The notes: a model not told the origin generated them from the letters alone. Positions 35,764 to 43,751 are shown, numbered from the stretch's first letter. The stretch: 47,072 nt of DNA from Candidatus Methanomethylophilaceae archaeon (GCA_028694055.1 JAQUUA010000001.1:1-47072), one strand, 5' to 3'. Numbers and translations: made by a program.

Positions 35764-36245
35764 TTGATCACCGGTATCCGGGTGGAGTCATGAGTAGAGT
35801 ATCCTGCCTTGGTAACCGTAACCGTGATGTATCCGATGTTGCTGCCGATGAGCGACGCCGTCAATCCGGTGAATGCCACCTTTCCATCTGCTCCTGTACG
35901 CCCATATACCGTCTCACCCTTGGATGTCTTCACGTTCGCCCCGGAGAGCATTACGATGGCGTCCGATATGGGATTGCCATCCTGATCCGCTACGAATATC
36001 GTCAAAACGATGTTGCTCCCGGAAGGGAAACCATTGCTCATGGAGGTCAACCGGACCTCCCCTTGCACGCAATGCACGGTAGATATGTTCTGAGGGGCCT
36101 CGATGGACCCCATCCAGCCGAGGATCACAGACGTGCCCAGTCCGGCGACCAGAACCATCACCATAAGCTGCAAAGGCAGACCTTCGATGCCTCCGTCCTT
36201 GTTCCTCTTGATTGATTTCCTTATGCGCTTGACCAATCCGATCAT
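35760..36245 (-). CDS. N-terminally anchored protein with a carboxypeptidase-regulatory-like beta-sandwich domain (first gene of the operon)
   Basis: Basic N-terminus KRIRKSIKRNKDGGIEGLPLQLMVMVLVAGLG, then IFVADQDGNPISDAIVML...GRTGADGKVAFTGL, typical of CarboxypepD_reg-like folds. Confidence 0.55.
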   Translation of the reverse strand: MIGLVKRIRKSIKRNKDGGIEGLPLQLMVMVLVAGLGTSVILGWMGSIEAPQNISTVHCVQGEVRLTSMSNGFPSGSNIVLTIFVADQDGNPISDAIVMLSGANVKTSKGETVYGRTGADGKVAFTGLTASLIGSNIGYITVTVTKAGYSTHDSTRIPVIK

Positions 36246-36289
36246 GATTGATAAGCCGCTGTGGATTGATTTAAGGGCTGTAACTACAT

Positions 36290-36847
36290 CTAAGCTAAAT
36301 CCTCTAAGACCACCGCACCGATGACTTCATAACAGGGGCCGGAGGGGCCTAGTTCGCTTTTTACGATCTGCACCTGTTTGCACATCCCCTGGCCGAAGAA
36401 ACTCTCACCCTCCTCTCTGAATAGTCTTGCCAAATCGTCCGTACACCTTCCACTGGGGTTCCTAGCCAATGTGATGTGGGGATGGAAGTCGGATGAATCA
36501 AATGAGATTCCCACCACACGAAGAGCCTCCAGAATCCGGGTATGCAGGACCTTCCAAGGACCTGGTTCTCCCACTCCACACCATATCGCCTTCGGGGAAG
36601 ACCGACGTGGGAACGCCCCTATGCCCATGACGCTGTATTGAAAGGACATGCATCCTTTGAGGGATTGCTCCAAAACACCATGCAAGCGTCTCACCTGAGC
36701 TTCGGATACCTCGCCCAGGAAAGCCAAGGTCAAATGCCGGTTCCTATCCTTGACCATGCGCAAACCAGCAGTGGTGGTTTCTAACTCTGCCGATATGGAT
36801 TCCAGGTCGATACCGGGATACAGCGGGACGGCTATGAACACACGCAT
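36290..36847 (-). CDS. thpR: RNA 2',3'-cyclic phosphodiesterase / 2'-5' RNA ligase (2H phosphoesterase family)
   Basis: MRVFIAVPL N-terminus and two HxT motifs (HLTLAFLG and HITLAR), ~185 aa. Confidence 0.85.
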   Translation of the reverse strand: MRVFIAVPLYPGIDLESISAELETTTAGLRMVKDRNRHLTLAFLGEVSEAQVRRLHGVLEQSLKGCMSFQYSVMGIGAFPRRSSPKAIWCGVGEPGPWKVLHTRILEALRVVGISFDSSDFHPHITLARNPSGRCTDDLARLFREEGESFFGQGMCKQVQIVKSELGPSGPCYEVIGAVVLEDLA

Positions 36848-36890
36848 TTATGGCACGGCACCTGAGACCGATAGTGGGTTCCCAGGTTCA

Positions 36891-36898
36891 TTTAAATA
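36891..36898 (+). promoter_or_regulatory. TATA-box upstream of the radical SAM/SPASM gene
   Basis: TTTAAATA is centred 27 nt upstream of ATG 36922. Confidence 0.45.
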
Positions 36899-36921
36899 TC
36901 TACCAGGACTTTCCCTGGCTC

Positions 36922-37839
36922 ATGGGAAAACTCTTCCAATTCTTCGGTCTGGCTTCCTGGTGGGTTCAGTCCCGCCTGGGCAGGAAGAGGCCTCTGGTAA
37001 ACACCATGATCATTCATTATGCCTGCAACCTCCGATGCCGGCACTGTAGCCTGGTTGGCAACGAAGCCCTGCTGCCACCCAAACAGAGCCTTAGCGCCCA
37101 GGAATTGGAGGAGGAGATGCGTGCCATGCGCAAGGCCGGTGCCCGCATACTTTATTTCGAAGGTGGGGAGCCCACTCTCTGGAGCGATGACGGCAAAGAT
37201 CTGGGAGACATGATCGAGCTCGGCCGTAGCATGGGGTATTTCAACATTGGCTACACCACCAACGGCACTAACCGCTTCTACACCGGTTCGGATGTGATAT
37301 CCATCAGCTTGGATGGTACCAAGGAGGTCCATGACTCCATAAGAGGGGAGGGGGTGTTCGACACATTGATGAAGAACCTGGAGGAGCTCGATCATCCTTC
37401 CGTTTTCGCCAATTTCGTCATCCAGAAGTCCAACCTGCATGTCATAAGGGAGACAGCGGAACTGGTTAGGGACAATCCATCGATTAAAGGCATCATCTAC
37501 AACTTCATCACCCCGCCACCGTACGAGGAGGTCCCCACCTGGGAGGAGAAGAAGAAGGCAGTGGACGAGATCATTCAGATGAAGAAGGACAAACTGCCCA
37601 TACTCAACAGCAAGAGGGCCCTGAAACTGTTGCTGGAAGAGGATTTTGCGGACAAATGCCCTTACTTCGTCTCAGCCTTCGTGCTTCCCGATGGCAGCCA
37701 CGCCCATGGATGCCCCATGGAGGGAACGGAATCATGCCACAACTGCGGTTTCGATGCTGTGCGGGAGTACTACCTGGTGAACCGGGGCAATCCTTTCACA
37801 ATATTGGAAATGACACGAATGTTCGCACTGTCAAAATGA
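36922..37839 (+). CDS. Radical SAM protein with a C-terminal SPASM-like cysteine cluster
   Basis: IIHYACNLRCRHCS (CxxxCxxC), GGEPTLW, and a C-terminal CPYFVSAF...HGCPMEGTESCHNCG. I chose the start at ATG 36922 because TTTAAATA (36891-36898) is centred 27 nt upstream. The track start at 36850 would lie 2 nt from the divergent thpR start. Confidence 0.7.
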   Translation: MGKLFQFFGLASWWVQSRLGRKRPLVNTMIIHYACNLRCRHCSLVGNEALLPPKQSLSAQELEEEMRAMRKAGARILYFEGGEPTLWSDDGKDLGDMIELGRSMGYFNIGYTTNGTNRFYTGSDVISISLDGTKEVHDSIRGEGVFDTLMKNLEELDHPSVFANFVIQKSNLHVIRETAELVRDNPSIKGIIYNFITPPPYEEVPTWEEKKKAVDEIIQMKKDKLPILNSKRALKLLLEEDFADKCPYFVSAFVLPDGSHAHGCPMEGTESCHNCGFDAVREYYLVNRGNPFTILEMTRMFALSK

Positions 37840-38758
37840 GGATGAACAGCAGCTCTGTGCTTAGGGCTACCCCGAACAACAAAGGTGCGATGCGCACATT
37901 CCAAAGGTCCTCCTTGGCATCCATTATGGTCCACACCTTCCGGGTGAGGGGAATGGTGAGCAGGAGTATGGCATATAGAAGGTCGAAGAGCATCATCGAT
38001 GCCACCAGGACGTAGAACAAGACCTGTAGCACCTTCACCACCGGTATGGCTTGCTCCAATCCTCCCATGCGCACCGCTAGGTCCTTCTCCCCATGTTTCA
38101 GGTGGGATTCGTAGCCGGACATGGCATCCACTGCCCGCATAAGACCCACACCCACCGCCACCACCAGAGAAAACACCAGTATCTGCCAATCGAAGGTGTC
38201 GGTGATTACGTAGAATGAAAAGAAAACCATCATGAAGAACGATATGGCGACGTTTATCTCGCCCAATCCACGGGCGCCCATGTTTATAGGGGGTGCAGTG
38301 TAGAAATAAGCCAGTAAGAGGGCGGTGATGCCCAGGGCAACCACCAGGAGGCCACCGTGCCATACAATCGGTATGGCCAATAGGACGGAGAAGGCCACCA
38401 GCACCGCCATGATGATTTTCCCCTGCTTCTCGGTGACCAGGCCGTTGTCGAATTGGTTGCCTTCCCAATAGATCTTCTTGTTCAGCTCGCTGGCCATGGC
38501 GTCTCGGTAGCGGGCGGCATCTTGGAAACGATCCTCGTCCACACCGCTCTTGTGGTCGAAGTAGTCGTTGGAGAAATTCACGAACATGGCAAGGAATAGA
38601 ACGTCCAGGGGGATTAATGCCACCAGCCAGAGCTGTGGGTCATATGCCAAGGAGTACAGGGAGCCGCAAAGAGCGGCTAGGAAGAATGGCAGGGTGTAGC
38701 TGAACCTCATCACCAGATTCAGCTTCCTCAGCGGTGAAAGGCTTTCCTGGGTGCTCAT
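37796..38758 (-). CDS. UbiA-family aromatic prenyltransferase, MenA-like
   Basis: Polytopic membrane protein with the first Asp-rich motif FVNFSNDYFDHKSGVDEDR, which resembles the NDYFDxxxGxD of MenA. Confidence 0.6.
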   Translation of the reverse strand: MSTQESLSPLRKLNLVMRFSYTLPFFLAALCGSLYSLAYDPQLWLVALIPLDVLFLAMFVNFSNDYFDHKSGVDEDRFQDAARYRDAMASELNKKIYWEGNQFDNGLVTEKQGKIIMAVLVAFSVLLAIPIVWHGGLLVVALGITALLLAYFYTAPPINMGARGLGEINVAISFFMMVFFSFYVITDTFDWQILVFSLVVAVGVGLMRAVDAMSGYESHLKHGEKDLAVRMGGLEQAIPVVKVLQVLFYVLVASMMLFDLLYAILLLTIPLTRKVWTIMDAKEDLWNVRIAPLLFGVALSTELLFILILTVRTFVSFPIL

Positions 38759-38788
38759 GTTATCAGTCGGGGATAATAATTACCGTAC

Positions 38789-39823
38789 TTAATCCTTGAT
38801 GCTCTCCTCTTCGGCATTGGATGCAATCCTTCGAGATTCCGTACCATGATTGTTTTGGAAATGGGAAAGCTGAGAGCGGAGCTTCTTGTCCATGTCCTCT
38901 GCATGGGGACAGATGAATTCATGCGTCACATAATCTGGATCCACCATTCGGACGATCTCTCGGCATCGGCCATCCTGGAAAGGGGCGTGCCAATCGATGG
39001 CGGAGAAATGAGGGAAGGCTTTCTCCAAACGACCATTGACATCTGATGCCAAGAAATCTTCAGGCTCTCCTTTGGCCATACTATCCTCTTGATATTGTCC
39101 GGACAGGCTGAGGTGCAGATGAATGACCCTAACTCTATCCAACATGTCTTGCGGTAGGGAGCCTAACTTCCCAAGAACGGCTTCGATGGCTTGACCCTCG
39201 GTCTTACAGACACGCAGGGAATTCATGAGATGACCAACATCCAGACAGAACCCCCATTTTTGGAATTTCAAACCGTCCACCAGGGTCTGGTACTCCCCGC
39301 CGTGCATGAACCTCAGTCCTGGCCACCAAAGGTTCTCCAACATTATGGGGAATGGGGGTTCCCCCTCTGGAAATGAACCGGCCACTGCATTCAGTATCTC
39401 AATCAGGGAATCCAACACATCCTTGTCAGAGCATGAGAAGTCCTGTGAGAATATCCGGTCCAGTCTGGGGCTGCCGGCATGGAAAACCCCGTAATCCGGG
39501 CTCAGGGCCTTGGCCTGCATCCAAGAATTACGGATGGTGTTCACGATTTCATCCCGATCACGTCCATAGGACAGGAAGAGGTAGTCCTCATCTCTTATTC
39601 CTGCATACTCATCATCGCCGGTCCAGATTGAATGCCAATCCACAGCATATGGGAGATGCACCCCTTTGGTGAGAATCCGTAGGGACGAAGGAGGCTGGAA
39701 ATAGCCGGTCAAGACCTCCATTCCGTCCAACCGATGCAGTTGGCACATCTCAGATAATCCGCGTTCCCCTCCGTGTCTTTGGATGTCGAAAGGGTAGGCG
39801 GAGATGTTCAACAGGTGCTTCAA
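38789..39823 (-). CDS. Xylose isomerase-like TIM-barrel protein (sugar phosphate isomerase/epimerase superfamily)
   Basis: LENLWWPGLRF, CLDVGHLMN and VIHLHLS resemble the AP endonuclease 2/xylose isomerase-like fold. The start is uncertain: TTG at 39823 directly after the permease stop, or ATG at 39748. The track's extension to 40039 overlaps the permease gene. Confidence 0.45.
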   Translation of the reverse strand: MKHLLNISAYPFDIQRHGGERGLSEMCQLHRLDGMEVLTGYFQPPSSLRILTKGVHLPYAVDWHSIWTGDDEYAGIRDEDYLFLSYGRDRDEIVNTIRNSWMQAKALSPDYGVFHAGSPRLDRIFSQDFSCSDKDVLDSLIEILNAVAGSFPEGEPPFPIMLENLWWPGLRFMHGGEYQTLVDGLKFQKWGFCLDVGHLMNSLRVCKTEGQAIEAVLGKLGSLPQDMLDRVRVIHLHLSLSGQYQEDSMAKGEPEDFLASDVNGRLEKAFPHFSAIDWHAPFQDGRCREIVRMVDPDYVTHEFICPHAEDMDKKLRSQLSHFQNNHGTESRRIASNAEEESIKD

Positions 39824-39825
39824 GC

Positions 39826-40488
39826 TTATACCTCTCTTCTTTGGAATGCGAATACCGCCAGCGCCAACATGACCAGGCAAAGGATAGTTGAGACGGCAAC
39901 GGTCATGGCCGTGCTGAATTCGCTCACCATTACCGGCAGAATCACCAAGGCGGATAGCTGGTTGGCACCGAAGATCACCAATATCACTGCGATGAGAACG
40001 GAAGGTGAGAAGATGGCGATCAATAGGGCGGCGGAACAACTGATGCCCATCATCAACATTGTGGTGACCAGGGAATCACCGAGGCCCACAGTGGCTGCTT
40101 CCAAACTAGTTCCGTTGAATAGAACGTCCACACCTATCCCCACGGCCAGAGCCAGAAGACAGGCGACCGTGACACAGAGGTAAACAGCCGCCAGCTTAGA
40201 TGCAAGTAGATGCCATCGCTTCACCGGACGTACCAAGAACAGCTCCAATGAATGGTCGTTGATCTCATTGACCAGGTTGACTGCCAGCATCACTGAGGCC
40301 AGAAGGGCGCCAATGCTCCCCACCAACAGAGAGGCGAATAGTGTGAACGGTATGCCGGCAAGGCTGTCCTCCGGGACCAAGAAGTAGAGCAGGATGGCCA
40401 TTATGGGCAGTCCACCCCAAAGCACGGTCATGAGACGGGAGCGATAGAACCCGTTCATCTCATCCAACAACACTAGTGCCAAGCTCAT
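39826..40488 (-). CDS. ABC-2 type transporter permease
   Basis: 220 aa with about six hydrophobic segments. The start overlaps the stop of the upstream ABC ATPase gene by 4 nt. Confidence 0.65.
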   Translation of the reverse strand: MSLALVLLDEMNGFYRSRLMTVLWGGLPIMAILLYFLVPEDSLAGIPFTLFASLLVGSIGALLASVMLAVNLVNEINDHSLELFLVRPVKRWHLLASKLAAVYLCVTVACLLALAVGIGVDVLFNGTSLEAATVGLGDSLVTTMLMMGISCSAALLIAIFSPSVLIAVILVIFGANQLSALVILPVMVSEFSTAMTVAVSTILCLVMLALAVFAFQRREV

Positions 40489-41420
40489 AACGGCCTGCCT
40501 CCCAAGTGTTGCATGTAAACGTCCTCAAGACTCTTGGTAACGGGGAAAACAGAGCGTACTGAGCCTCCGGAGTTCATGACCTTCCAGATGATGTCGTCTA
40601 TGACGACATCGGTGTCTTGACCATCGGTGACCCTTATCCTATACGAGGTTTGTCCGGTGACATCAACGGAATTCACTCCCGGGATAGAGGCTAAATCTAT
40701 CTTGGGGTCAACAGACAGATCCAGGTCGATCAACCGGGTGGTTCTCATCTCCCTCTTGATGTCTTCCATTTTACCCAGGTGGGTAATCTGGCCATAGTTG
40801 ATTATGCCCACCCTGTCGGCGATGTCTTGGACATCCGATAATATATGGGAGGAGAACACCACTGTGGTACCTCGCTCCCGCAGGTTTTGGATGATACCTC
40901 GGATTTGACGACGGGATTGAGGGTCCAAAGAAGACATGGGCTCATCCAAGACCAGGATGGACGGGCTGTGAAGGATGGATTGAGCGAAACCCAATTTCTG
41001 AAGGGTGCCACCGGAGAGCTGTGTGACCGGCTTAGACTTGAAATCTATGATGTCCAACATCTCCAATACTTCATCGATGCGGGATTCCAATATTTCGAGA
41101 TCCATGCCGTTCAATCGACCGAAGATGCGAAGCGCCCGATGCACATTCCTCCAGGCCACGAATCGAGGGCTCTGAGGCATGTAACCGATGTGGTTGACGG
41201 TGTCTGATCCCAAGGCGGATTGGCCATCGATGAGAATTTCACCTTGATAGTCTCGGATGAGGCCCACTATACACTTCAAGGTGGTGGTCTTGCCGGCGCC
41301 GTTAGGCCCGATCAATCCGAAGACCTCCCCCGCTGGTATGTCCAGATGGATGTCTTTGATGACCTCGGTGAGCCTGTAGCTCTTGCTGAGCCTGCGGATG
41401 CTCACTCCCCCGCCCGCCAT
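40485..41420 (-). CDS. ABC transporter ATP-binding protein
   Basis: Walker A GPNGAGKTT, Q-loop, signature LSGGTLQK, Walker B LVLDEPMSSLD and H-loop SSHIL. Confidence 0.9.
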   Translation of the reverse strand: MAGGGVSIRRLSKSYRLTEVIKDIHLDIPAGEVFGLIGPNGAGKTTTLKCIVGLIRDYQGEILIDGQSALGSDTVNHIGYMPQSPRFVAWRNVHRALRIFGRLNGMDLEILESRIDEVLEMLDIIDFKSKPVTQLSGGTLQKLGFAQSILHSPSILVLDEPMSSLDPQSRRQIRGIIQNLRERGTTVVFSSHILSDVQDIADRVGIINYGQITHLGKMEDIKREMRTTRLIDLDLSVDPKIDLASIPGVNSVDVTGQTSYRIRVTDGQDTDVVIDDIIWKVMNSGGSVRSVFPVTKSLEDVYMQHLGGRPL

Positions 41421-41461
41421 GCTAGACCGTAGGAACGGAACCCATATAGGTTTATTGTCCT

Positions 41462-42052
41462 TCAGAAAAGTTCGAAAGCGGCCGCCAAAGCACCGTTCAC
41501 CGCATCCACCTTGTAATCGGCCCCACCCACGATGATTATGTCGTTCTCTCCCATGTCGATGGTGCGACGTATAGTGCTGGCCAATATTGGCCTTTCTTCG
41601 TCGATGTTCCAGTCTGGAGGCATGGTGAGAGCTCCGTTACGGAAAATTATGGTGGTGCATCCCAAGGAGCCGGCCCTAATGCCTGCATCCCGTTGTTGCA
41701 TCCCGTTCTCGATTTTGTGGGCAACATCCTTGACCAGCAAAGCCTGTTGATAATTGCCCACCACCAAGTTGCCGATGTTCAAGTTGAGGACCTTCATAGG
41801 CAGTTCATTCAGGAATCCTGTGCCGGTGGCCGTGATCTTGATCCCGGTTTGTTTGATGTCAATCATCTCCCACTCCCGAAGGGTGTCGATGATTCGCCTC
41901 ATGCTTCCTTCACCGATGCCCACCATCTCTGCCAGCCTTTTCCGGCCTACCCTTTTGCCATCGGAGATCAGATGAAGGGCCCAATACACATTGTAATCCG
42001 CGAATCGGAACATAGGGCCGAACTGAGGGACGTCGATGATTCGCATAGCCAT
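41462..42052 (-). CDS. Winged-helix DNA-binding protein with an uncharacterised C-terminal domain (possibly DUF4443-like)
   Basis: The HTH-like segment GRKRLAEMVGIGEGSMRRIIDTLRE is followed by a ~110 aa domain that I cannot assign. It is the first gene of the co-directional ABC cluster. Confidence 0.4.
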   Translation of the reverse strand: MAMRIIDVPQFGPMFRFADYNVYWALHLISDGKRVGRKRLAEMVGIGEGSMRRIIDTLREWEMIDIKQTGIKITATGTGFLNELPMKVLNLNIGNLVVGNYQQALLVKDVAHKIENGMQQRDAGIRAGSLGCTTIIFRNGALTMPPDWNIDEERPILASTIRRTIDMGENDIIIVGGADYKVDAVNGALAAAFELF

Positions 42053-42237
42053 TCTGATAAGCTACTATCCATTCATAATCAATTCGGTTGGATGACGAAA
42101 TTGGAGTCCACCTGGTTCGGAATGATGGATCGGGCTTGCTGACTTGTGTCAACTGTGATTCGATCTGAAACATGATCCAAACACATGCATATATGGAAAA
42201 GAAAATATTCTTATATGAATACTATCATTATGATGAT

Positions 42238-42801
42238 ATGAAGTTCCCCCCTACCTCGGAGATCAGGAAGCTCAGGAAGAAGATGGATATCACCCAGTCC
42301 GAGCTGGCATCCCGTTCCGGCATTAGCCAGAGCACAATTGCAAAAGTGGAGAGGGGGACCATATCCGCTGGTTATGAGACCGTGGTTAAGCTCTTCGAGA
42401 CGTTGGAGGACATCTGTCGGAGCGGAGAGAAGGATAAGATAGCAGCGGATGTGGCATCGAAGGGGGTTGTGACCATACAATGCACCGAGAAGGTGAGAGC
42501 GGCTTCTGAACTCATGCGCACCACTGGTTACTCGCAGCTTCCGGTCATGAAGGGGGATGTGTCGGTAGGCTCCATATCCGAGCGAAGCATCCTGGACCTA
42601 GTCCGCCAGGGCAAGACCATGGAGGAGATGGGAGAGATGAACATCGCCAGGGTCATGGAGGACTCCTTCCCGGTTGTTAATGACAACACCCCCATGGAGA
42701 ATGTGACATCCCTGATGTCCAACTGCAACGCCGTTCTGGTGGCAAGGAAGGGCAAGATAATGGGAGTCATCACGAACGCCGACATGCTTAAGCTCATCTG
42801 A
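42238..42801 (+). CDS. XRE-family HTH regulator fused to a CBS domain pair
   Basis: ITQSELASRSGISQSTIAKVERG (HTH_3), then two CBS-like segments (VRAASELMRTTGYSQLPVM and VTSLMSNCNAVLVARKGKIMGVIT). I chose the start at ATG 42238 (MKFPPTSEIRKL). Confidence 0.75.
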   Translation: MKFPPTSEIRKLRKKMDITQSELASRSGISQSTIAKVERGTISAGYETVVKLFETLEDICRSGEKDKIAADVASKGVVTIQCTEKVRAASELMRTTGYSQLPVMKGDVSVGSISERSILDLVRQGKTMEEMGEMNIARVMEDSFPVVNDNTPMENVTSLMSNCNAVLVARKGKIMGVITNADMLKLI

Positions 42802-43723
42802 GGGGCAACTTGATACTCAGGAAGTCATTGGCCAGATGGGTGTTGGAGAATATTTCCTGAGCCTCTTTCAACAAAAGGCTCGGGTCTTTGTATCTGCTGC
42901 TGATGTGAGTCAAGGCCAGAGACCTCGCCTCTGATTTCAAGGCCATCTGCGCTGCCTGAGCGGAAGTGCTATGATAATGAGCTTCTGCCATATGCCTTTC
43001 ATTCTCAGCGAATGTGGCTTCATGTATCAACAGGTCCACACCTTTGGACTGAATCACGAGGGATTCATTGGGCAGGCTGTCCCCGGAGTAGGCGATGCTC
43101 CTTCCCGGCCTCTCCGGGCCAAGGTATTCCGATGGTTCCAAACTTTTTCCTTGCCAAAGCACCGACTCCCCTTTCTGCAAGCGGGAGTATATCGGACCCT
43201 CCGGGACTCCCAATTCCACCAAACGACGCCGATCCAACTTCCCTGGGCGGGCAAGCTCCCGATAAACGAATGAAAGGGACTCCATGTTGTGCAGGCTCCG
43301 CAAAGCACAGATCGTGAGGCCAGGAGCCTCGATCATGTCACCATCCTGCATCTCCAGGATTTCCAATGGGAAAACCAATTCACCGTTGCAAATAGAAAGC
43401 ATTTCTTGCACAGATTTTTCCAGACCGATGGGGCCGGCCAACAACAGCGGTCTTGATCGACCAGACAGGCTCATGGTCTGTAACAGCCCTGGTATCCCCA
43501 GTATATGGTCCCCGTGAAGATGCGAGACCAGTATCCTCTCTACCTTCATGAATGAGAGCCCAGAGCACATGAGCTGCCTCTGAGACCCCTCCCCACAATC
43601 GAAAAGAGTGATGTCGGATCCTCTTCGCACCGCGGTACAAGGCAGGGAGCGGTCCCGAGTTGGCACGCTGGCACCAGTACCGAGGAATACGACCTCCAAG
43701 AACACGGTTACATCCAATGGCAT
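42794..43723 (-). CDS. rnz: Ribonuclease Z (tRNA 3' endonuclease)
   Basis: VVFLGTGASVPTRDR, LFDCGEGSQRQL, the metallo-beta-lactamase motif SHLHGDH, and C-terminal LTHISSRY. I chose the start at ATG 43723, since the track extension overlaps the upstream small gene. Confidence 0.88.
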   Translation of the reverse strand: MPLDVTVFLEVVFLGTGASVPTRDRSLPCTAVRRGSDITLFDCGEGSQRQLMCSGLSFMKVERILVSHLHGDHILGIPGLLQTMSLSGRSRPLLLAGPIGLEKSVQEMLSICNGELVFPLEILEMQDGDMIEAPGLTICALRSLHNMESLSFVYRELARPGKLDRRRLVELGVPEGPIYSRLQKGESVLWQGKSLEPSEYLGPERPGRSIAYSGDSLPNESLVIQSKGVDLLIHEATFAENERHMAEAHYHSTSAQAAQMALKSEARSLALTHISSRYKDPSLLLKEAQEIFSNTHLANDFLSIKLPLR

Positions 43724-43751
43724 GGACCCATAAAAAGGATTGGCGTACGGC

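Noticed and set aside
42122-42168. An alternative C/D box reading: C box ATGATGG, D' CTGA at 42139, C' TGTGATT, D CTGA at 42165.
   Set aside because: The second guide would be only 4 nt and the D'-C' spacer 11 nt, which is incompatible with known archaeal C/D sRNA geometry. The upstream-shifted reading reported in the findings fits better.
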